From Myxococcales bacterium (lineage in GTDB: Bacteria > Myxococcota_A > Polyangia > Polyangiales > Polyangiaceae): a stretch of DNA of 64,000 nucleotides. The translations under genes and the position numbers were made by a program. Where the stretch lies: positions 64,001 to 128,000 of the forward strand of contig JAYTOU010000003.1 of assembly GCA_043747615.1 (NCBI GenBank). Reading direction: 5' to 3'. Shown one piece after another: positions 46,937 to 55,545 of this stretch. The notes under the pieces were generated by a model. The model was not told where the DNA came from, made no database searches, and saw nothing but the letters and a program-made list of their open reading frames with translations. Numbering within the stretch: the first letter of the stretch is position 1; each line of letters opens with the position of its first letter.

Positions 46937-48163
46937 GGCTCGGCGCAACATTCGAGATCGTCGATCTCGGTAGCTTCAACGGGACGCTCGTCCGCGGGCA
47001 CCGCTTGAAACCCCAAGTGCCCACCGAGATCAACGTGGGCGACATGATCACCCTCGGGACGTCGGTGCTCGTCCTCCAGAGCGCGCCGATGCACGATCCG
47101 CCGGCACGGGTGTGGAGCCAGGCGGCCTTCGAAGGGCGCACCGAGGCCGAACGCCAGCGCGCGGGGGGGACGGGTACGTCGTTTGCGCTCGTGCAAATCA
47201 GGCTGGAATCTGCGGCGACCGCGGACCCGTCGCGATCGACGTCTGGGGGCCGACGTGGCCGAGAACGTCGCGCGCGTCGAAAAGCTGGAGGCCGCACTTC
47301 GTGCGTCGCTTCGCACGAACGACGTCATCGGGTCTTACGCCGTCGGTGTCTACGAGATTCTCCTTTGCGAGACGGCGCCGGACGTCGCCAATCGACTGGC
47401 TTCGCAGCTCGCCTCGCGGCTCAACGTCGATGGCTTCAAGGCGGAGCTTGGCATCGCCTGTTATCCGCGCGACGGGCTCACCCACGAGGCTCTTCAGGAG
47501 AGGGTCGAGGCCGCGCTCAGCGACCCCAATGACGTGCCGCCGGCGGGTGATCGACTCGATCGCGGTTTCATGAAGGAGATGGAGCAGGTCATCGATCGCA
47601 TCTCGGCCGGGATGATCAACGTGCTCATCCTCGGCGAAACCGGAGTCGGAAAAGAGGTGCTCGCGCGGGCGCTCCACGAGCGATCCCCGCGCCGCGACGC
47701 GCCGCTTCTCTGTCTCAACTGCGCGGCGTTGTCGGAGCCGCTCCTCGAGAGCGAGCTCTTCGGACATGAGCGCGGCGCGTTCACCGGCGCGACGCAGGCG
47801 AAGCCGGGGCTCCTCGAGTCGGCGCAAGGCGGGACGGTGCTTCTTGACGAGGTCGGAGAGATGCCGCTCGCGCTTCAAGCGAAGCTCCTGCGTGTGCTCG
47901 AGCAGCGCGAAGTACTGCGGATCGGATCGGTGCGACCGCGGCCGATCGACGTGCGCTTCGTCTCGGCGACCAACCGAGATCTGGAAGATGAGATCGATCT
48001 CGGTCGATTCCGGCGCGATTTGTTCTTCAGACTCAATGGGATTTCCGTGACGATTCCGCCGCTGCGTGAGCGGCCAAACGAGATCGAGTGGCTCGCACGC
48101 GCGTTCGTCGTGCACGTGTGTGAGCAGGCGAAGCGCGCGGCTGGGGCAGCATGGTATCCCTAG
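46840..48163 (+). pseudogene. Disrupted FHA - degenerate GGDEF-like - sigma54 AAA+ activator
   Basis: FHA (TLGRG..CD...VSRKHA...DLGSFNGT) has no start codon; +1 shift at the G5 run 47245-47249; GETGVGKE, GAFTGA, LDEVGEM, RRDLFFRLN present, but stops before WPGN and the HTH. Confidence 0.8.
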
Positions 48164-48235
48164 GCCGCGAAAGAAGCCCTAAGCGCGCCTAGCCCCATTG
48201 CGCACGAGCCGCGTAACAACGATGGGACGAGCGCT

Positions 48236-48565
48236 CTAGTCCAGCGCGGAATCGACGGGGCCGGTATCCATCATCATCATCATCGGAGCATCGCTGGCTG
48301 CGTCCCCTGCGTCTCGGCGCGGTCCGGAATCCGCGGCGGGCATCATGGGGACCTTCTGGATCCCGGTGAGGTCACTTGTGCACGTGCGCTTGCCAGCCAT
48401 GCTCATGTCGGGCGCGCAAATGAGCCCTTCCTGACAGTCGGTGGCCTGAAAACATTCCCCACCGGCCGCCACGAGCTTCGGCGACGAGCTGCACGCCACC
48501 ATGATGCCGCATACGGCAACCACATTTGCCAGAGCCAAGCCGGCGCGAACGGGTCTCACCGACAC
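48236..48565 (-). CDS. Small Cys-containing lipoprotein
   Basis: Lipobox MVAC; C-x4-C-x5-C motif; low-complexity DAG tail with a Met5 run. Confidence 0.7.
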   Translation of the reverse strand: MSVRPVRAGLALANVVAVCGIMVACSSSPKLVAAGGECFQATDCQEGLICAPDMSMAGKRTCTSDLTGIQKVPMMPAADSGPRRDAGDAASDAPMMMMMDTGPVDSALD

Positions 48566-48577
48566 AGGCTAGCGCGC

Positions 48578-48793
48578 CTACCCGAGCGTGACGAGGACTT
48601 GGCCTTCGGAGACGGCTTCCCCTTCTTTGCAGGCGATTTTGCTGACCGTCCCGCTCGCCGGCGCCTCCACGGGCATCTCCATTTTCATCGATTCGAGGAT
48701 GACGCAGGTCTGCCCTTCGGTGACCACGTCGCCTTCTTTGACTTCAATCTTCCAAACCGTACCCGTGATGTGCGCGCAAACGTCGGTAGCCAT
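48578..48793 (-). CDS. Stand-alone biotin carboxyl carrier protein (71 aa)
   Basis: 'ILESMKMEMPV.AP..G.V' biotinylation motif. Confidence 0.9.
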   Translation of the reverse strand: MATDVCAHITGTVWKIEVKEGDVVTEGQTCVILESMKMEMPVEAPASGTVSKIACKEGEAVSEGQVLVTLG

Positions 48794-48967
48794 GAGCCGA
48801 GACAGTACCCAATTTTTAGCTCTGCACGCGTTCCAATCAGGATGGCCAACAAAGTGGGCTCAAACGGCGCGTCGAGGTCTTTAGCGGAGGGTTTGCGAAC
48901 GGGAAGGGAAGCCGGTAACTTTTTGAGGCTGCCGGAAAGCCGTTCGCATAGTAGGAAGATACCACCC

Positions 48968-49711
48968 ATGGCGGAACAGAAAGAAAGCTCGGTCCTCTTC
49001 TCACTCAAGGAGCTGATGAACCTCGAGGAGGACAGGATCAAGTCCGAAGAAAACGAGAAAAAACGTCAGGAGGACGCCGCTGTACAAGCGCGCCTCGATG
49101 CCGAGCGTCGTGTCCGCGAAGAAGAAGAAGCGCGCATGCGAGCGGCCGACGAGTCGCGCCGCGTATCCGAGCAGCGCACCCGGGAGGAGTCGGCGCGCGT
49201 CGATGCCATCCGGCAGGCCGAGATGGAGAAGGCCCGGCTCGATGCCGAGAACGCCGCCCGCCTCGATCAGCTCAAACAGCACCAAGAGCACGAGCAGCGA
49301 ATCCACGCGCTCGGCCAGGACGAAGGCAAAAAGAAGCTCAAATTCATCGCCATCGGCGCGGTGGCCTTCCTCTTCCTGGTGATGGTCGGCGGAGGCTTCG
49401 CGATCAACAGCACGCTCCAGAAGCAGAAGGCGCTCGAAGCCCAGCTCAACACGATGAACGACGAGCGCGACGCCCTCAACGCGAAGCTCAAGAACGCCAC
49501 CAGCCCGGAAGAGCGCGCTGCCCTCCAGGCCGAAATCGACGCGAAGAACGAAGCCATCGAGCTTGCCAAGAAGAACCCTGGAACACCCGCGCCGGCCGCG
49601 AAACCTGCGTACCGCCCACCGTCGGGCGGAGTCGGCGCGGCACCGGTGAAGCCGGCCGTGAAACCGCCGTGCAATTGCAGCCCTGGCGATCCGCTCTGCA
49701 GTTGCCTTTGA
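48968..49711 (+). CDS. Coiled-coil single-pass membrane protein, unknown function
   Basis: MAEQKESSVLFSLKEL start; E/R/A coiled coil, TM helix, second coil, Pro-rich linker, terminal CNCSPGDPLCSCL. Confidence 0.8.
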   Translation: MAEQKESSVLFSLKELMNLEEDRIKSEENEKKRQEDAAVQARLDAERRVREEEEARMRAADESRRVSEQRTREESARVDAIRQAEMEKARLDAENAARLDQLKQHQEHEQRIHALGQDEGKKKLKFIAIGAVAFLFLVMVGGGFAINSTLQKQKALEAQLNTMNDERDALNAKLKNATSPEERAALQAEIDAKNEAIELAKKNPGTPAPAAKPAYRPPSGGVGAAPVKPAVKPPCNCSPGDPLCSCL

Positions 49712-49732
49712 CCCTCCCGGCTTAGAGACACG

Positions 49733-50482
49733 TTGGCGACGATCCCCGCGGGCTTGGTTCCGCACGCGAACCCTGCTTCTCGCATCATTTTCGCGCTCGA
49801 TTTCTCGACGATCGCGGAGGCGACCGCGGCGGCGCAGAACCTCGGCGAGCGCGTGGGGATGGTCAAGATCGGCCTCGAGCTCTTCGTCGCGGGGGGCCCC
49901 GAGGCCATCAAGATCGGAGCCGCGGTCGGCCTTCCGGTCTTCCTCGATCTAAAGCTCCACGACATTCCCGAGACCGTCGAACGCGCCATCAACCGCGCGG
50001 CCGCCTTCAACTGCCGTATCATCACGGTGCACGCGAGCGGGGGCTCCGAAATGCTCCGCCGCGCGGTCCGGGAGGCCGAATCCTCACGCACCGACCTCCA
50101 AGTCGCGGCAGTCACCGTTCTCACCTCCCTCGACTCACCGGATCTTGCGACGCTCGGTATCTCCGGCGGCGTGTCCGACCACGCCAGTCGCCTCGCCAAG
50201 GTAGCCTTTGATCAAGGCGTCCGGAACTTCGTGTGCTCTCCACACGAAGTCGCGATGATGCGAGCGGTGCTTGGTAAAGACGTGACCTTGATCACGCCCG
50301 GCGTGCGACTCTCGGATCGCCAGAAAGACGATCAGAAGCGCATCGCCACGCCGGCCCGCGCGGTGCGCGAAGGAGCTGATTTCGTGGTGATCGGTCGTCC
50401 CATCCGCGACGCCACGAACCCAGTCTCCGCCGCCGAAGAGGTTGCGCGAGAGATCGCTCACGGGCTCACGGAGCGCACCTGA
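49733..50482 (+). CDS. pyrF: Orotidine-5'-phosphate decarboxylase
   Basis: IFALD, KIGLEL, FLDLKLHDIPETV, VTVLTS, TPGVR, VIGRPI. Confidence 0.95.
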   Translation: MATIPAGLVPHANPASRIIFALDFSTIAEATAAAQNLGERVGMVKIGLELFVAGGPEAIKIGAAVGLPVFLDLKLHDIPETVERAINRAAAFNCRIITVHASGGSEMLRRAVREAESSRTDLQVAAVTVLTSLDSPDLATLGISGGVSDHASRLAKVAFDQGVRNFVCSPHEVAMMRAVLGKDVTLITPGVRLSDRQKDDQKRIATPARAVREGADFVVIGRPIRDATNPVSAAEEVAREIAHGLTERT

Positions 50483-50483
50483 C

Positions 50484-51209
50484 GTGCGCCTGATCTGCGG
50501 TCTTCAGCCCGTCCGTGAAGCGATTCGCGCGCACGGCGACAAACTTCAGCGGGTGCTCGTCGAGAAATCCGACTCGCCACAGCTCGATGCGGTTGCGCGC
50601 TTCGCGGCCGACCACGGCGCGACCGTGCAGCGCGTCTCCCGCCTCGACCTCGACAAGATCTCCAAGGGCGCGCGCCACCAAGGTGCAGCGGCGTTCGCGC
50701 CGGAGCTGGCCTTAATTCCACTCCAAGACTTGGAAACAGGCAACGGCGCGCTGATCCTTGCGCTCGACGAGCTCGAAGATCCCCAGAACTTCGGGGCCAT
50801 CCTCCGCTCGGCGGTGGCCTTCGGCGCAACGGCGGTGATGTGGCCCGAGCACCGATCAGCTCCTCTCTCGCCCGCGACCTTTCGCGCATCGGCCGGAGCG
50901 GTCGAGCACGCGCCGCTCTGCCGGGTCTCCAGCCTGACCACCGCTCTTACCGATCTGCGCGCGCGCGGCGTGACCGTCATCGGCCTCGAGATGCAGGCAA
51001 AAGAAACGCTCGACGCGATCGAGCTGGAAGGCGCGCTCTGCCTCGTCGTGGGGGCGGAAGGCAAAGGTCTGCGCAAGACCGTGAAGGGCTGCTGCGATAC
51101 CCTCGCTCGGCTGCCGATGTCTGGGAAATTGGCCTCGCTCAACGCTTCGGTCGCAGCGGCCATCGCGCTCTACGAAGTCACCCGTCAGCGAACCGTAGCC
51201 AGCTCCTAA
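50484..51209 (+). CDS. rlmB: TrmH/SpoU-family RNA 2'-O-methyltransferase (RlmB-like)
   Basis: HQG, 'EDPQNFGAILRSA', 'VGAEGKGLR', 'LPM.G..SLNASVA'. Confidence 0.85.
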   Translation: MRLICGLQPVREAIRAHGDKLQRVLVEKSDSPQLDAVARFAADHGATVQRVSRLDLDKISKGARHQGAAAFAPELALIPLQDLETGNGALILALDELEDPQNFGAILRSAVAFGATAVMWPEHRSAPLSPATFRASAGAVEHAPLCRVSSLTTALTDLRARGVTVIGLEMQAKETLDAIELEGALCLVVGAEGKGLRKTVKGCCDTLARLPMSGKLASLNASVAAAIALYEVTRQRTVASS

Positions 51210-51232
51210 ACCCTTCGCATCTCACACGGCCC

Positions 51233-52456
51233 GTGACGACTGCGCGTCCCCTTCCCGTTCGGCTCTTCATCTTCGCCTTCCTTGGGTGGACGTTCGATTT
51301 CTACGATCTCGTTCTCCTCGGGTTCATCAAGGAGCCCGTAGCGCACGATCTTCATCTGTCTCACACGGCAGAGACGTGGATGCTCGGCGTCGCCCTCGGC
51401 TCCTCGGGGATCGGCGGCATCGTCGCCGGGGCGCTGGCCGACCGCTACGGCAAGCGCACTCTGCTCGCGGCGACCGTGGCCCTCTACTCGCTCGGCTCGC
51501 TCATCAGCGGGCTCGCTCCGACCGTCGGCTTCTTTCTCTTTGGAAGGCTGATCGTCGGCCTCGGCGTCGGCGGAGAGTGGGCCATCGGGCACGGCATGCT
51601 CGCGGAGGCGGTCGATGCGAAGCTACGAGGGCGGGCCTCTGCTGCACTGCAAGCGGGCGAGCCGGTCGGCGTGGCCCTCGCGGCGATCGCCGGATTCTTG
51701 ATCATGCCGAAGGTCGGCTGGCGCTGGGTGCTCATTGCATCGAGCGTGACCGGGCTCCTCGCCCTCGTCGCGCGCTCGTCGGTGCATCTCCCGAACGAGC
51801 GGTCGCATGCCCGGGTCACCCTTCGAATGTTGCATGATGCACGCATCGGAAAACGCCTGGCTACGGCGTGGCTTTTGGGAGTTTTCAAGCTCGGCACCTA
51901 CTGGACTTGCTACACGTGGCTCCCCACGTTTCTCCTCAAGCAGATGGGCCAGAGCATCGGTCGGTCCGCCACGTGGATCCTCACCGCGCAGCTCGGTCAG
52001 CTCCTCGGCATGCTCTCGTTCGGCGCGGTCTCCGACTCCATCGGGCGCCGCCCCGCATTCTCGATCTACGCGTGTCTCACGGCGTGCGCGATCGCCCCTC
52101 TCGCCTTTGCCTGGCAGACGCTCAGCGCGAGACCGGGTCTTTTCTGGGGTACCATGCTTCTCCTCGGCTTCGGCTCGGGATGCACCGCTGGCTTCGGCGC
52201 GCTCCTCGCGGAGCTCTTTCCGACCGAGGTTCGAAGTGTGGCGATGGGAACGACGTACAATCTCGCGCGTGCGACGCAGCTCCTTGCGCCGGCGCTCGTC
52301 GGCACGATGGTCGCGAGCTACGGTCTCGCTGGCGGGCTGACCGTGCCCCTGGTGCTGGCGCTGGCGACGGCGTCCTGGGTGTGGATGCTCCCCGAGACGC
52401 GCGGCATCGCCCTCACCACGCTCGCCAACGCCTCCCCGCCGAGCGTCGAGAAATAG
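51233..52456 (+). CDS. MFS transporter
   Basis: 'GWTFDFYD', 'GALADRYGKR', 'GLGVGGEW', 'SDSIGRR', 'ELFPTEVRS', 'PETRG'. Confidence 0.92.
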   Translation: MTTARPLPVRLFIFAFLGWTFDFYDLVLLGFIKEPVAHDLHLSHTAETWMLGVALGSSGIGGIVAGALADRYGKRTLLAATVALYSLGSLISGLAPTVGFFLFGRLIVGLGVGGEWAIGHGMLAEAVDAKLRGRASAALQAGEPVGVALAAIAGFLIMPKVGWRWVLIASSVTGLLALVARSSVHLPNERSHARVTLRMLHDARIGKRLATAWLLGVFKLGTYWTCYTWLPTFLLKQMGQSIGRSATWILTAQLGQLLGMLSFGAVSDSIGRRPAFSIYACLTACAIAPLAFAWQTLSARPGLFWGTMLLLGFGSGCTAGFGALLAELFPTEVRSVAMGTTYNLARATQLLAPALVGTMVASYGLAGGLTVPLVLALATASWVWMLPETRGIALTTLANASPPSVEK

Positions 52457-53247
52457 ACCTGAATTTCCAGGGCCGCGTCCCTTGCGTCGCGCTTGGTCGA
52501 GATCCTTCGCGCCGCGTCGCGCACGCTGCCGTTCATCGCAAGAAGATCGAGCAGCGTCTCGAGCGCTTCGTCGTAGGCACGGAGCTCGCGCGCGTCGAGT
52601 GGTCCGCTGTGGCGACCGGGAGCCTGCGTCGAGTGATCCCCATCACGCGACCTGGCGAACGCGGAGCCTAACTTTCGTCGCACCGCCATCTTCAGCTTCA
52701 TCTTCAGCGCGGCAACGAGGAACACCACCGAGCCATTCATGTCGCACGCCACGTGCTCGAACTCGCTCCTCCACAAGTCATCGAGCTCGCCATCGAAGGA
52801 GCTCCACGCGGCGCTCTTGGTCGCGGCATCGAGGCGCGCGAAGAACCCGACCTGCCCCTGGTGGTGCTCGGGGTCGACGAATTTTTCCAGGTGGCAAAGA
52901 TCGTGGAGCGCAAAAGCGAGCGGACTTTCGTGCGGTTTCGTGCTCGATCCGTCCTCGAGGAGCGAAACGCAGCGGCGCCCGCGTGCCTGCAGAGAGAGCA
53001 CCTCGGCCGGACGTGGCACGTAGGTGAGGACGTCGATGTCCCGCTCTCCTTCGGCGATGGCCACGAGCCCGCGCGCAACGCCCGCCTCGATGCGATGAAG
53101 CCGGTGCTCGGCGAAGAGACGCACCGCAGGCGAGGGATGCGCGCATGGAATGGGAGGACGCGCTCGACCCTGAAGCCACCGGACGCCCGCCGTGCTCTTG
53201 ACCCGTTCGAGAACGAACGAGCACACGCGCTCGCCCTGATCAGTCAT
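52318..53247 (-). CDS. Hypothetical protein with HDxxH motif
   Basis: Fills the gap downstream of the DUF4388 gene; 'LQARGRRCVS', 'FALHDLCHLEKF...GQVGFF', 'DMN'; 3' end overlaps the MFS gene on the opposite strand. Confidence 0.6.
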   Translation of the reverse strand: MTDQGERVCSFVLERVKSTAGVRWLQGRARPPIPCAHPSPAVRLFAEHRLHRIEAGVARGLVAIAEGERDIDVLTYVPRPAEVLSLQARGRRCVSLLEDGSSTKPHESPLAFALHDLCHLEKFVDPEHHQGQVGFFARLDAATKSAAWSSFDGELDDLWRSEFEHVACDMNGSVVFLVAALKMKLKMAVRRKLGSAFARSRDGDHSTQAPGRHSGPLDARELRAYDEALETLLDLLAMNGSVRDAARRISTKRDARDAALEIQVYFSTLGGEALASVVRAMPRVSGSIHTQDAVASASTRGTVSPPARP

Positions 53248-53269
53248 CTGCAGTCATTCGCGTGTCCGC

Positions 53270-54532
53270 TCACGCGCGTGAGGGCGGCCCGCCCTCGGTC
53301 GGTCGCACCGGCTTCAGGATCTCGCTCACGGAGGCCATCAGCGCCAGCTCCTGTTCTCGCGACAAGAGCGACCCCGCATGGAAAAGTGCAAAACCGACAT
53401 ACTCATGAAGGAGCTGAACGAGCCACGCGTCTGGGTCATCGCCGGCGAGCGCTACGAGATTTCGCGCCACCCGTTCGGGCTTGAGCGAGCCATCCTCGAT
53501 CGGGCCCGCGCCCTGAAAAAGCGGATCGTAAACGCCGCCGCCGGTAGCGAAGCGCATGAGCCCATCGCGTAGCTCAGCCCCCTTCCCCGCGGAGTCGCAC
53601 CGGCGATGGATCTCCATCAGCCCCGGGTTGAAGGCTTCGACGATGGCCTCGGGGCCCTGCGGACGTGGTGCGATCATCTGGATGAATCCGCCATTGACGA
53701 GCTGAAACAGAGCGCGGGTGACCTCGAACTCGAGCTGGCCAATGCGCCGCCCGATCTCGGCAACACTGCGCTTTCCGTCGCACTGGGCGAGGATCTCGAC
53801 GAGATCGTCGGGCACTTTCTTGTCCTTCGAGGCGGGGCTGATCACCGCGATGTAGCTGTCGTTCGGGACCTTCTCGCGAAAAAAGCCGAGCTCGTCCATC
53901 CGGCGCGCGCCCTCCATGAGGAGCGCTGCGGCGTTGAGGTTGTGACGCCGGACGAGGTTTTTCTCGTCGAAGCGATCGAAAAAATAAAACATGCCGTCGC
54001 TCACGTGAAGCGCGGCGTAGAAGACCTCTTCGACCTGACGGGCCATCATGGGAAAGAGATCTTCGGCGGTGACGAAGTCGAGCTCGATCGCCGCTTCTCC
54101 GAGCCGTTTTCCAGACACCGCCGACGCCTGGATGGCTTCGTCGAGCTGCTCGCGGGTCACCACGCCGAAGCGGTACAGAGTCTCTCCAAGCCGCTCGTCG
54201 GGAACGGTAGTCACGGCGCCGACCACGTGCCCGGTGTCGAAATAAATGGACCGAGCACCCCGCTCCTCGAGCACGACGAGCTCTCCTTTCCAGTTCGCCT
54301 GGGCGATGAGAGCCGCAATGTCACAGAGGGCCCCGGGCGAGCAGATCTCGCCGGCCAGCTTCAGGACCGGCCCGGGAATAGGGTACTCGCCACGCAACAA
54401 GATGACGTCGCGCGGACTCGATTTGAGACGCCACTCGCCCGGGCGCGCTCGCAGCTGCTGGCTTGCCGTTCGACCCAAAGGGTGAACCGTCCCGGTGACG
54501 TCGACACGAAGCAGATCGTCACGATCCGACAT
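53270..54532 (-). CDS. DUF4388 (PATAN-like) domain protein
   Basis: 'G.L...R.IYF..G.VVGA', 'RLGE.L...G.VT.EQL..A', 'LLMEGARRMDE', winged-helix-like 'CDGKRSVAEI'. Confidence 0.8.
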   Translation of the reverse strand: MSDRDDLLRVDVTGTVHPLGRTASQQLRARPGEWRLKSSPRDVILLRGEYPIPGPVLKLAGEICSPGALCDIAALIAQANWKGELVVLEERGARSIYFDTGHVVGAVTTVPDERLGETLYRFGVVTREQLDEAIQASAVSGKRLGEAAIELDFVTAEDLFPMMARQVEEVFYAALHVSDGMFYFFDRFDEKNLVRRHNLNAAALLMEGARRMDELGFFREKVPNDSYIAVISPASKDKKVPDDLVEILAQCDGKRSVAEIGRRIGQLEFEVTRALFQLVNGGFIQMIAPRPQGPEAIVEAFNPGLMEIHRRCDSAGKGAELRDGLMRFATGGGVYDPLFQGAGPIEDGSLKPERVARNLVALAGDDPDAWLVQLLHEYVGFALFHAGSLLSREQELALMASVSEILKPVRPTEGGPPSRA

Positions 54533-54573
54533 ATTTCTACGAGGATACATCAAGGTGTGTCAAAAGAAGAAAA

Positions 54574-55497
54574 ATGGGGACAACGGCGGCGGCAGTTTCG
54601 ACTTGGACCGACCTCGAGGGACTGCTCGCAGGCGCCGCCTACCTCGCCGATCCGAAGACGACGCTCGTGGCCTGGTTGGCGCTGAAGCTCGAGAAGCCGC
54701 TCCTCGTCGAAGGCCCCGCAGGCGTCGGGAAAACGGACCTTGCGCGCGCTCTGTCCCAGGCCCTCGGTCGTCCGATGGTGCGCCTCCAGTGCTATGAGGG
54801 GCTCGACGAGTCGAAGACGCTCTACGAATGGGACTACGCAAAGCAGATGCTCTACACGCAGCTCCTCAGGGACGCCGTGAAGGAGAAGACCCAAGGAGCG
54901 GCAACGCTGGCCGAGGCCGCTGACCGGATTTCGACGGCGGACGACGCCTTTTTCAGTGAGCGGTTCCTGGTCGCACGCCCGCTCCTCAAGGCGCTCACCA
55001 GCGACGAGCCCGTCGTTCTCCTCATCGACGAGGTCGATCGCGCGGATCCGGAGTTCGAGGCATTTCTTCTCGAGATCTTGGCCGAGCAGCAGGTCACGAT
55101 CCCGGAGCTCGGAACGATCCGCGCCAAGCACGCGCCCCTGGTCATCCTCACCACGAACGGCACGCGCGACATGACCGACGCGCTTCGACGCCGCTGCCTG
55201 CACGTCTTTCTCGACTACCCTTCTCCCTCGCGCGAGCTGCAGATCCTCGAGCTGCGCGTACCGGGGATCTCGAAGACCCTGGCAACCGAGCTCGCGCGCG
55301 TGGCGGAAAAGCTGCGAAAGCTGGACTTGCGGAAGGCGCCGAGCATTTCGGAGACGATCGACTGGGGGCGCGCTCTGCTACTTCTCGGAGCAAGCGCGCT
55401 GGACAAAAGCCTTGTCTCAGCCACGCTGGGCGCTCTTCTCAAGCACGAAGAAGATCGCCTCAAGGTGGAAACGAAGCTCGATACTATTCTGGCCTGA
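54574..55497 (+). CDS. MoxR-family AAA+ ATPase (CoxD-like)
   Basis: EGPAGVGKT, RLQCYEGLD, LYEWDY, LLIDEVDRAD.EFEAFLLE, DALRRRC, KAPSISETIDW. Confidence 0.9.
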   Translation: MGTTAAAVSTWTDLEGLLAGAAYLADPKTTLVAWLALKLEKPLLVEGPAGVGKTDLARALSQALGRPMVRLQCYEGLDESKTLYEWDYAKQMLYTQLLRDAVKEKTQGAATLAEAADRISTADDAFFSERFLVARPLLKALTSDEPVVLLIDEVDRADPEFEAFLLEILAEQQVTIPELGTIRAKHAPLVILTTNGTRDMTDALRRRCLHVFLDYPSPSRELQILELRVPGISKTLATELARVAEKLRKLDLRKAPSISETIDWGRALLLLGASALDKSLVSATLGALLKHEEDRLKVETKLDTILA

Positions 55498-55545
55498 CAT
55501 GCGATTCGACGAAACGAAGGGGGCCGCGGGGCCGATGGGACCACC

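Noticed and set aside
48142..48197. Nested short inverted repeats (TGGGGC/GCCCCA, CTAGGC/GCCTAG) at the truncation point of the sigma54 gene
   Set aside because: 6-bp arms with no second copy seen in the window; not enough to call a MITE or IS scar
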